Assembly: GCA_048270185.1 (NCBI GenBank)
Contig: JBLWTJ010000005.1
Location: 12,136-76,135 of the forward strand
Direction of reading: 5' to 3'
Origin: Bacteriovoracaceae bacterium
Lineage (GTDB): Bacteria; Bdellovibrionota; Bacteriovoracia; Bacteriovoracales; Bacteriovoracaceae
Length of the DNA: 64,000 nt
Made by a program: the position numbers and the translations under genes. Below are positions 10,130 to 18,005 of the stretch, piece after piece; the stretch's first letter is position 1, and each line of letters opens with the position of its first letter. Below the pieces are notes generated by a model, which worked only from the letters and a program-made list of their open reading frames with translations, did not search any database and was not told where the DNA came from.

Positions 10130-10352
10130 GCCGGATGGCATTAGTACTGAATAAGAATTTATAAGTAACGGAGTCAATATATGCAAACTACAGGATAACT
10201 ACTGTAAGCAATTAGAGACTGCAACCTTTGATTGCTTGAATATATATAGAGGAATGATTGGTTTATCCGTAGAAGCATTATTTAATTATTAACGAATTTA
10301 TTGAGCTGGATGCTCAATTATCAAACAGGAGGTTTATATGATGATTAAAGGA
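10130..10352 (+). promoter_or_regulatory. Structured GGA-rich intergenic RNA / flagellin 2 leader
   Basis: Seven GGA motifs, several in hairpin loops (GCC-GGAT-GGC; ATTGAGC-TGGAT-GCTCAAT; AAAC-AGGAG-GTTT), plus a 12-bp stem at 10206-10237. Confidence 0.5.
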
Positions 10353-10360
10353 GACTAATC

Positions 10361-11194
10361 ATGGGTATCAGAATTAATACAAATGTGGCATCTATCGCAG
10401 CACAAAGAGCAATGTCACTTACAAATAAAAGAGTTGGGGACAACTTAAGAAAACTATCTTCAGGTGAACGTATTACAAGAGCCGGAGATGACGCCGCTGG
10501 ACTGGCAATTAGTGAAAACCTAAAAGCACAGATCAGAGGTATGAGGCAAGCAAAGAGAAACGCAAACGATGCTATCTCACTTGTCCAAGTAGCAGAAGGT
10601 GGATTAAATGAAGTATCAAATATCATCATTCGTCTTAGAGAGCTTGCAGTTCAAACTGCCTCTGACACGATCGGTGATACTGAAAGATCATTTTCAGACA
10701 TCGAATTCCAACAGCTTAAAGATGAAATCGACAGAATTGCTAAGTCGACTAACTTTAACGGAGTTCAACTACTGGACGGAACAGGTGGCAGACTGGAGTT
10801 TCAAGTTGGGGTTAACAATGATCCAATGCTTGATCGACTTACGTACGATGCAGCAGGATCAGATTCGTCAATCGCAGCTCTGGGACTTGCCTCAGACAGC
10901 GTTGCAACTAAAGAAGGTTCGCAAGCAGTTCTTAAGAAACTTGACGATGCGTTGGTCGCAGTCAACGGTTATCGTGCCAATATGGGTGCGCTACAGAACA
11001 GACTTACATCAACAGTCAATAACTTGGGAATCAGCGATGAAAACTTAAGTGCGGCGAAGTCGCGAGTAAGAGATGTTGATGTGGCAAAAGAGACTGCCGA
11101 TTTAACTAGAAACAACATCCTTATTCAAGCTGGGGCGTCTGTTCTTGGACAGGCAAACCAAGTGCCAAATGTGGCATTAAAACTAATCGGATAA
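10361..11194 (+). CDS. fliC: Flagellin (short, 277 aa)
   Basis: MGIRINTNVAS, LSSGERITRAGDDAAGLAISE, RANMGALQNRL, SRVRDVD. Confidence 0.96.
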   Translation: MGIRINTNVASIAAQRAMSLTNKRVGDNLRKLSSGERITRAGDDAAGLAISENLKAQIRGMRQAKRNANDAISLVQVAEGGLNEVSNIIIRLRELAVQTASDTIGDTERSFSDIEFQQLKDEIDRIAKSTNFNGVQLLDGTGGRLEFQVGVNNDPMLDRLTYDAAGSDSSIAALGLASDSVATKEGSQAVLKKLDDALVAVNGYRANMGALQNRLTSTVNNLGISDENLSAAKSRVRDVDVAKETADLTRNNILIQAGASVLGQANQVPNVALKLIG

Positions 11195-11206
11195 ATCAAT
11201 CATATA

Positions 11207-11252
11207 GGCGACTATGGTCCTGAATAGGACATAGTTGCCTCCTCTTATTTTC
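11207..11252 (+). terminator. Stem-loop / probable terminator after flagellin 2
   Basis: GGCGACTATG-GTCCT-GAAT-AGGAC-ATAGTTGCC followed by a pyrimidine-rich tract. Confidence 0.6.
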
Positions 11253-11289
11253 TTCTCTCACAATTACGAAAAAGCCTTATAATACTACT

Positions 11290-12270
11290 ATGTCAGAAAA
11301 TAGAACAAAGACTATTTTGATTTATGGTATTTCATCTTTTGTGGGATCTTCTCTCGCAAACTTTTTTAAGAAGGACTATAAAGTAGTAGGTACATACCAT
11401 AAGAACCCAGTCTCGATCAGCGGTGTTACCGTTCTTCCTTGTGACATTAATAATAAGCAAGAAATTCAGCTAATCATGTATACATTCAAGCCTGATATAA
11501 CAATCTATGCTGTTGGACTAACATCAATAGTTGATTGTGCTCTTAAAGAAAGAACGGCCGATGCTCTAAATACTTCTGGCCTAATTTCTGTTGCCGATAT
11601 TTGTCAGCGATATAAGTCTCAAATTATTTACTTATCTTCAAATTTTGTTTTCTCAGGAGATGCTAGTGAGTACTATGAGTTGGATATTCCAGATGCTGCT
11701 TCAATTTATGGGAAAACCCAGGCTGCAGCTGAATTCTATATTCAAAAATCATCTCTAAATTACTTAGTCTTTCGAGTTTGTCGCCTCTATGGCCGTGGTG
11801 GTTCACATGTTAAGAGAAATCTCTTTGAAAAAATACAGGCCAAGCTTTATGCCAGAGAAGATTTTGAACTTGATGACTATATTAAGACAGGCTTTCTCGA
11901 TGTTGATTACTTGGGAATGGTTATCAAAATCTGTATTGAAAGAGGACTCAAGAATCGACTTCTTCAAATTAGCTCACAAGATTTTATGTCTTTGTATCAA
12001 TTTGGAAAAATATATTGTGAAAAGTTTCAAGAACCACATAAGCTCATTTCTGCTGGGAAGTGGTCATTTCCTATTATGTCGAGTGCAAAAATAGGGGATA
12101 GTACCGGTGGGGTACTGAATTTTAATATGAATATATCAAATGCTGAAGGATATCTTCATTTAAGGTTACCGACAGTGGAAGAATCGCTTGAGTACTCGGC
12201 CCTAAAGATGCGTGGACATGGAGACTCGAAGGATTCCCATGAATCAAAAGATAGTATTAACTATATCTAA
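11290..12270 (+). CDS. RmlD-like (dTDP-4-dehydrorhamnose reductase family) extended SDR
   Basis: ILIYGISSFVG Rossmann motif, YLSSNFVFSG, YGKTQ (YxxxK lysine appears to be Q). Confidence 0.75.
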   Translation: MSENRTKTILIYGISSFVGSSLANFFKKDYKVVGTYHKNPVSISGVTVLPCDINNKQEIQLIMYTFKPDITIYAVGLTSIVDCALKERTADALNTSGLISVADICQRYKSQIIYLSSNFVFSGDASEYYELDIPDAASIYGKTQAAAEFYIQKSSLNYLVFRVCRLYGRGGSHVKRNLFEKIQAKLYAREDFELDDYIKTGFLDVDYLGMVIKICIERGLKNRLLQISSQDFMSLYQFGKIYCEKFQEPHKLISAGKWSFPIMSSAKIGDSTGGVLNFNMNISNAEGYLHLRLPTVEESLEYSALKMRGHGDSKDSHESKDSINYI

Positions 12271-12279
12271 GGAACTTTC

Positions 12280-12810
12280 TTATCGAGCGGATAATTTAAT
12301 GAATTCGCTAAGGTAATGCCTCACAAGAGCATCACAATCAACTTCTTCATTTTCAAAGCGCCATGTAATCTGATTGAATGGACCAATATGGGCACGGATC
12401 TCATGTAATTGAGCTGCTCCATGACTTTGACCATCATTAACTCTAGCGCTAAAAATATCTTTTCCATTGGCAAGGAAGCCAACTGAAATGAGATCATCGG
12501 CCTTTCTCGCGAAAATTAATCGCAGAGAATTTCGATAGACCATAAAATCATTAATTGTATTAGCTATTTTAAAGATTTTAATCGTGTTATTTTCACCACG
12601 ATACTCATTGAATTTGTGGACATAGATTTCAAAAAGATCTCTTAACTTATTCATAAAGTTAATTGATGATTCTTCGAGTTGGAACGCTGGGTTAAGGTGA
12701 TCGTTAAAACTGACGACCCCACTTTCGTCCATATTGATCTCTTCGAGAGCAAGATTTTCGATCCATTTCGTTGATACTTCCGTGTTTCTTTCGATTTTTG
12801 CAATATCCAT
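12280..12810 (-). CDS. Hypothetical protein
   Basis: 176-aa ORF with normal composition; no motif recognised. Confidence 0.7.
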   Translation of the reverse strand: MDIAKIERNTEVSTKWIENLALEEINMDESGVVSFNDHLNPAFQLEESSINFMNKLRDLFEIYVHKFNEYRGENNTIKIFKIANTINDFMVYRNSLRLIFARKADDLISVGFLANGKDIFSARVNDGQSHGAAQLHEIRAHIGPFNQITWRFENEEVDCDALVRHYLSEFIKLSAR

Positions 12811-12881
12811 AACTTAAATTCTACTAGATTTTAGCTATTTGAAAAGGAATTTTTGGAAAGCGTTATATTTGAGGGCCTTTA

Positions 12882-13053
12882 GAGAGAGCTAGGTGAGCAG
12901 AAAGTCTCCGCCCGTCGTACGACAGGTGGATGTAGTGATAATCACTTTAGGCTTCCCACTAATTTCATGGGCCTGCTCACCGTGACCAGTGACCACTTCC
13001 TTTCTAAGCTTTGTAGGGCGAAACAACTTTATAGGTGCCCACCTAACTCACCC
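12882..13053 (-). ncRNA. ssrS: Probable 6S RNA
   Basis: ~170-nt rod. Closing stem GAGUUAGGUGGGCA (13049-13036) / UGCUCACCUAGCUC (12899-12886) has G.U pairs only on the minus strand. Second stem GUUUCGCCC/GGGCGGAGAC, central bubble, apical stem-loop. TATAAT at 13063-13058. Confidence 0.7.
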
Positions 13054-13200
13054 TTAAATTATACCCGATTTTGGCAAACGACAACAATAATAGGCATTAT
13101 ATCTTTGACTTGACGACTGTATTTTCAGCTGTTTATGAACATATTTAGCAATATTTTTGCTTCAGTTGCGCGAGGTGTTAAAATATTCTTAAGATAAAGT

Positions 13201-13228
13201 TAAAGCTTTTATGAAAGAAAGCCGAAAC
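13201..13228 (+). promoter_or_regulatory. Sigma28-like promoter of the major Flp pilin
   Basis: TAAA-N16-GCCGAAAC, ~60 nt upstream of ATG 13290. Confidence 0.5.
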
Positions 13229-13289
13229 ATTCTAATAGATATTGTGTTTTGGGCCCTACTTGGGGTTTTGTGAGATAAGGAGTACAAAA

Positions 13290-13478
13290 ATGAAAACGTT
13301 ACTAGCGTTTCTAAGAGATGAAGAAGGTCAGACATCAACTGAGTATATTCTACTCGTTGCCGTTGCGGCCATGCTGGTTATGAAATTCAGAAAGACTGCT
13401 TCAGATGGGATTGAAGAGCTAACACAAGGTGTATTTGGTAATACAAGTAACCTGCTTAAAGATCTTCAAGGTAACTAA
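13290..13478 (+). CDS. flp: Flp family type IVc pilin (probable major pilin)
   Basis: MKTLLAFLRDEEG|QTSTEY followed by a hydrophobic helix; strong RBS AAGGAG. Confidence 0.9.
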   Translation: MKTLLAFLRDEEGQTSTEYILLVAVAAMLVMKFRKTASDGIEELTQGVFGNTSNLLKDLQGN

Positions 13479-13485
13479 AATAGCA

Positions 13486-13522
13486 CCTCTGCTTTTTTAT
13501 TCTTATTGATAAAGAGCAGAGG
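13486..13522 (+). terminator. Stem-loop after the major pilin (partial terminator or mRNA stabiliser)
   Basis: CCTCTGCTTTTTTAT ... ATAAAGAGCAGAGG inverted repeat. Confidence 0.6.
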
Positions 13523-13573
13523 AAAATCTTTCTCTTTCAATACCTTTCGCATACTTAATGTAGAATATTAAGT

Positions 13574-13786
13574 ATGTTTCGTCGTAATCAACGCGGTCAA
13601 GCCGTCATTGAATATATCTTCTTACTAGCATTCTTTGCTGGTGTGTCTATTACTATGGCCAAAGGACTAGGTGCCTATACGACAGGCTTCTTTAAAAGCT
13701 TCGCCTACCATTTATCGCAAGAGCTATCGACTGGATCATGTCCAAGAGGCTGCTGGCATTCTGGCTATATCAACGGATACGAATAG
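13574..13786 (+). CDS. Flp/TadE-like minor pilin
   Basis: NQRG|QAVIEY class III signal peptide; C-terminal CPRGC. Confidence 0.8.
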   Translation: MFRRNQRGQAVIEYIFLLAFFAGVSITMAKGLGAYTTGFFKSFAYHLSQELSTGSCPRGCWHSGYINGYE

Positions 13787-13788
13787 AT

Positions 13789-14295
13789 ATGCCAATAACA
13801 GTTTTTGTCTTCATTTTTGTTCAGCTTATTTATGTTTCGTATATTGATATTCAATTAAGAAAAATTGCAAATGCGTGGTCGATAGGGAATCTATTCTTAT
13901 ACCTAGTATTGCTTTTCTTTTTTCCTACTCACTATGCATTTAATTTAGAGACATTCTTATTTCCCATTGGGATTTTTGGTGCAGGTTTTTTGTTATTTAT
14001 TTTAAAAATTATGGGAGGAGGGGATTCAAAGTATTTAGCAAGTTTATTTCTTTTGATTCCTGTTCGTTTTCAAGAAGAAGCTTTCATCTCTCTATCTGTT
14101 GTAACAGTTATTGTAGGGCTTTCTGTATTCATTACTAATATTCTCAAGAATTGGGATTTTATCGTTCAAGCATTTAAAGATGGTAATGTCTTACAAATAA
14201 AGAAAATTTTCGGGAAGAAATTTGCGTTTGCTCCTGTTATACTTATTTCATGGATTTTTCTAGGATGGAAAATAAAAAAATATATTTTCATTTAA
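13789..14295 (+). CDS. cpaA: Prepilin peptidase TadV/CpaA (A24A)
   Basis: SYIDIQLRKIAN and MGGGDSK catalytic aspartates, FAFAPVI. Start at ATG 13789. Confidence 0.88.
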   Translation: MPITVFVFIFVQLIYVSYIDIQLRKIANAWSIGNLFLYLVLLFFFPTHYAFNLETFLFPIGIFGAGFLLFILKIMGGGDSKYLASLFLLIPVRFQEEAFISLSVVTVIVGLSVFITNILKNWDFIVQAFKDGNVLQIKKIFGKKFAFAPVILISWIFLGWKIKKYIFI

Positions 14296-14573
14296 ATAAT
14301 CGCGGTCAATCAACTGTTGAGTATATCTTATTACTCGTAGTGATTGCTTCCCTAGTAATGGTTGTTTTCAAAAGTAATGCCTTTAATAATATGGTGGGGC
14401 AAGGAATGTGGGGAACACTTGCTGGCTCAATGGAATATACAGCTCGCTACGGTGAAAATGGTAGTGAGGACACATTTGGAGCTAATTATAATACTCCAAC
14501 ACATCCACTCTATTACAATCAAAATATAAGTCGCTCTCGTTTTTTCTCACCTGTTGAGGTCTATGATGAATAA
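14265..14573 (+). CDS. Flp/TadE-like minor pilin
   Basis: NNRG|QSTVEY plus hydrophobic helix. Confidence 0.8.
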   Translation: MENKKIYFHLNNRGQSTVEYILLLVVIASLVMVVFKSNAFNNMVGQGMWGTLAGSMEYTARYGENGSEDTFGANYNTPTHPLYYNQNISRSRFFSPVEVYDE

Positions 14574-15075
14574 TCAAAAAGGGCAGTCGACAATTGAATT
14601 CTTATCTACTTTTACCTTTGTTATTGCATTTTTCTTTGTTGTTGTGAAGATATCAATAAATTATACAAATACATACTTACTACAGTATGCAAATTACATG
14701 GCATCGAGAGCTTATCTTGTTGCCGATAATAAAATTCCTAATGACTCCCTTGCAAGACAAAGGGCCACTCAAATTTTTGAAGCATATAATGTTGTAAATT
14801 GTGATCCAGAATGTCAGATAAAATTTAATAATAAAAATGTAACACCCTGGTTCCTTACTGGTACATATCTTGATTTCAAAGCACCGTTCTCTTTCATGAA
14901 GACAATGACAGGGGATATCCAAATGAATTTTAGAATTGAATCATTTCTTGGAAAAGAGCCGACCATAAGAGAGTGCCTTGCTCAGATATGTCGAGCATTT
15001 GCTGAAGTTCTTACTGAAGACGGCGCAGGTAATTGTTCAAATACTGAATCGACGATTTATGATAACGGGTGCTAA
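14563..15075 (+). CDS. TadE-like pseudopilin
   Basis: NQKG|QSTIEF, YMASRA, Cys-rich C-terminus. Confidence 0.8.
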   Translation: MMNNQKGQSTIEFLSTFTFVIAFFFVVVKISINYTNTYLLQYANYMASRAYLVADNKIPNDSLARQRATQIFEAYNVVNCDPECQIKFNNKNVTPWFLTGTYLDFKAPFSFMKTMTGDIQMNFRIESFLGKEPTIRECLAQICRAFAEVLTEDGAGNCSNTESTIYDNGC

Positions 15076-15088
15076 TTTGAAAAAAAGA

Positions 15089-15586
15089 ATGAAAAAAAAG
15101 AAATTATTGGATGAGAAAGGTCAGGCATTATTTGAGGCCATGATCTTTATTCCCATTTTTCTCTATCTCGTTGTTATGCTAATAAATATTGGAAACTCAA
15201 TTAACGTTGCAATAAATCAAAATCAAGCAACACGGGCCTATACTTACTTTGTCATGAAGGGGAATTCAGATGGCCTGGGACGCTCCGATCTTGCCGCTCT
15301 ATCGGGGACTTTTACTGAGGTTGGTTCATTTATCATTGGATGGAGTCAAGACTACGTTAATAATACCAACCCAATTGCATCAAGTTTTCACATTCCAACA
15401 CTTCCGTGGGCAGAAGCAGAGGATGAAAACTGTAAAGATAAGAGCAATGCTCAGGACACAAATTGTATTAAAGTGTTCACTCTTTATGGAGTTTGTGGTG
15501 AATCCTTTGTTAACTCTGGAAGCGGGTTATTTCGCACACTTGACCCCACAAGTGGTTCAATGACTCCAGGCTGTTCCTATAAGTAG
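15089..15586 (+). CDS. TadE/TadF-like pseudopilin
   Basis: DEKG|QALFEA, QATRAY. Start moved to ATG 15089. Confidence 0.78.
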   Translation: MKKKKLLDEKGQALFEAMIFIPIFLYLVVMLINIGNSINVAINQNQATRAYTYFVMKGNSDGLGRSDLAALSGTFTEVGSFIIGWSQDYVNNTNPIASSFHIPTLPWAEAEDENCKDKSNAQDTNCIKVFTLYGVCGESFVNSGSGLFRTLDPTSGSMTPGCSYK

Positions 15587-15669
15587 CCAAAAATGCCTCT
15601 CACTAACTAAATGCTTGTTTTTTGATAAAATATTAATTGAATATTTAACGCTATAAAACAGGATGTTTT

Positions 15670-16482
15670 ATGAATACAAGAGCTTTCACCCTTGCCCTCG
15701 TCATTGCAGTTGTTGCGATGTTTATGGTGCACACTTATATCGAAGATCAACAGTCGGCCTTGATTAAGAAATATGGAACGATGAGTTCCGTCTTAGTCGC
15801 CAAAGAAGATATTAGAGAATTCGATCTACTCGATGAAACAAAAGTTTCAATTGTTACTGTACCTCAAAACTTTCTTGCACCTGGTAGCTTTAAAACAGTT
15901 AAAGAAATTGAAAATACAATTGCAACAGTACCAATTCTAAAAGGCGAGCAAATTACAAAGCCACGAGTCACTTATCCAGGTGAGAGTACAGGCCTTTCTC
16001 GTGAGGTTACTGTTGGTATGCGCGCCATTGCTTTTCAAGTCGATGAAAAGAGCTCTGTTGGTAAGCTAATCCGTCCTGGTGACCGTGTTGATGTTCTTGC
16101 TCCTGTTGATTACACAGGGGGGGCGAGAAAAGATCAAGCAAAGATTATAACTATTCTACAAGATGTTAGAGTACTCTCAACAGGAATGAGTGTTTCAAAT
16201 AATATTCCTCTGATTGGTGTTAAAACAGAAAATGTTATTAGAAAGATGAAGCTAAATACATATTCGAATTACACGACAGTGACTCTTGAACTTAGCCCAT
16301 TTCAAGCTCAGAAAATTGCTCACTTAAATATTTTCCAACAGTATAAACCGATTCTAACTCTTAGAAATATTAACGACGGTGAAAAACAATTAATTGAAGG
16401 AACACGCTTATACGACATTCTATCTGATAGTGATAAGAGTGAGGCAAGGGCTTACTTTGCTGATAAGTTTAAGAAGAAATAA
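15670..16482 (+). CDS. cpaB: Flp pilus assembly protein CpaB/RcpC
   Basis: N-terminal TM, SAF domain (VLVAKEDI), GMRAIAFQV..VGKLIRPGDRVDV, ILQDVRVL, TVTLELSP. Confidence 0.92.
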   Translation: MNTRAFTLALVIAVVAMFMVHTYIEDQQSALIKKYGTMSSVLVAKEDIREFDLLDETKVSIVTVPQNFLAPGSFKTVKEIENTIATVPILKGEQITKPRVTYPGESTGLSREVTVGMRAIAFQVDEKSSVGKLIRPGDRVDVLAPVDYTGGARKDQAKIITILQDVRVLSTGMSVSNNIPLIGVKTENVIRKMKLNTYSNYTTVTLELSPFQAQKIAHLNIFQQYKPILTLRNINDGEKQLIEGTRLYDILSDSDKSEARAYFADKFKKK

Positions 16483-18005
16483 TGAAATTAATAAAACTTG
16501 TAATATTCACTTTATTAACAGTTCAAGCCTTTGCTCAACAGACTGGGGCAAATATTGGCGTCCAAGAAGAAAAGGTTGAAGTTGTTTTAGGAATCGATAA
16601 GGTTCTTCCTATTGATTTCACGATAACTTCAAGAAGTGTACAAGTTGCAAATCAAAGAATTCTTAAAGTTCAACCTGTTAATACTGCGGCCGGGACAAGT
16701 GAACTTGTTTTAAAAGGTGAAGGACCTGGTATAACTTCTGTTACTGTAAGAGATAAACTAGGTGCAATTAAGAAGCGCTACCTTGTTACAGTGACTGCGA
16801 CAGAGAAGTCGAAATTGATTTCAGAGCTTAAAGAACAGCTTGGTCCAATTGAAGGACTTGAAATCAATTTAAAAGGTGGAAAAGTCTACGTTGAAGGAAA
16901 AATTATCGTTCCTGGAGATATTGGTCGAATTGTTAAAGTATTAGAAGACTACCCTGATGTGAAGAATCTAGTTGAAGTTTCACCTCAGACATACTTGATC
17001 ATCTCTCGTGAAATGCAAGAGGGTCTCAGAAGAAATAATCTTAAAGATGTTACCGTCCGATTCTTTAACAACTCTTATCTTTTAGAAGGGATCGTAAACT
17101 CAGAAGAAGAGAGTGCCTTAGCTGTCAAGATTGCAGCAACATATCTTCCTGATAGAATTCAAAGTTTAGCTAGGAGAACAGACTCAGTTCAGCAGCTTGG
17201 AAAAGATGAAATCATAAAGAATTTCTTGGCCATCAACCGTAAGCCGCAACCTCCACAGGCTGCCAAGCTAATTAAAATTACGGCCCAATTTGTTGAACTT
17301 TCAAAAGACTATAATCGAGTCTTTGGTTTCAAATGGAATCCAACTGTTGGAACAAGTGGTGCACAGATAACATTTGGTAAAACTGTTGATGGTGGAACAA
17401 TTTCAACTTCAAGTAATGGTACATTTGGTGGTCAAATCTCTCAACTTTTTCCAAAGCTAAGTTCGGCTAAGGCCGCGGGCTATGCCCGAATTGTTCAATC
17501 GGGTGTGATTATTACTAAAGATGGTGAGAAGGCTAAGCTTTCGAAAGGCTCTGAGCGTAACGTTGCCGTAGGAACTGGTGAGTTTCAACAAGCTAAAGTT
17601 ATTGAAGCAGGTTTTAACTTAGATGTTACACCTAAGATTCTACAGGAAGAAAAAATCAATCTCGATATTATTCTTGGTGTTTCTTCTTCGCAAGGTGCCG
17701 ATAAACAATCAAATAATCTTGATACAAAAATAATTGTTAAATCACGAGAATCGGCTGTCGTTGGAGGAATCTCAATTAATAAAACGGCGACAGAATATGA
17801 TAAAGATCCACCCGATGGTGTTTCAACAACAAGTAGTGATAGTGATTCTGCTGAGCAGACGTTTTCATTATTTTCATTTGTCCGTTCAAAAGATGTTTCA
17901 AAATCAAAAGAACAATTTGTTGTCTTCATTACTCCTGAAATTATTGAAAGTGCTTCAACAGGAACAGAAGATATTAAAAGAAAATTTAGAAAGAGGGGGC
18001 CATAA
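16482..18005 (+). CDS. cpaC: Tad secretin CpaC/RcpA with BON domains
   Basis: Signal peptide, pilus-N domain, BON-like repeats, AQFVELS, ESAVVGG, FVVFITPEII. Confidence 0.88.
   Translation: MKLIKLVIFTLLTVQAFAQQTGANIGVQEEKVEVVLGIDKVLPIDFTITSRSVQVANQRILKVQPVNTAAGTSELVLKGEGPGITSVTVRDKLGAIKKRYLVTVTATEKSKLISELKEQLGPIEGLEINLKGGKVYVEGKIIVPGDIGRIVKVLEDYPDVKNLVEVSPQTYLIISREMQEGLRRNNLKDVTVRFFNNSYLLEGIVNSEEESALAVKIAATYLPDRIQSLARRTDSVQQLGKDEIIKNFLAINRKPQPPQAAKLIKITAQFVELSKDYNRVFGFKWNPTVGTSGAQITFGKTVDGGTISTSSNGTFGGQISQLFPKLSSAKAAGYARIVQSGVIITKDGEKAKLSKGSERNVAVGTGEFQQAKVIEAGFNLDVTPKILQEEKINLDIILGVSSSQGADKQSNNLDTKIIVKSRESAVVGGISINKTATEYDKDPPDGVSTTSSDSDSAEQTFSLFSFVRSKDVSKSKEQFVVFITPEIIESASTGTEDIKRKFRKRGP

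Noticed and set aside
10180..10210. GCAAACTACAGG resembles part of a c-di-GMP-I riboswitch (as in Bdellovibrio merRNA)
   Set aside because: No upstream GGCAAA-stem-GNRA-stem-GAC arm and no tetraloop receptor could be found.
10608..11048. 146-aa alternate-frame ORF inside flagellin 2
   Set aside because: Fully nested, no recognisable motif; likely a codon-bias artefact.
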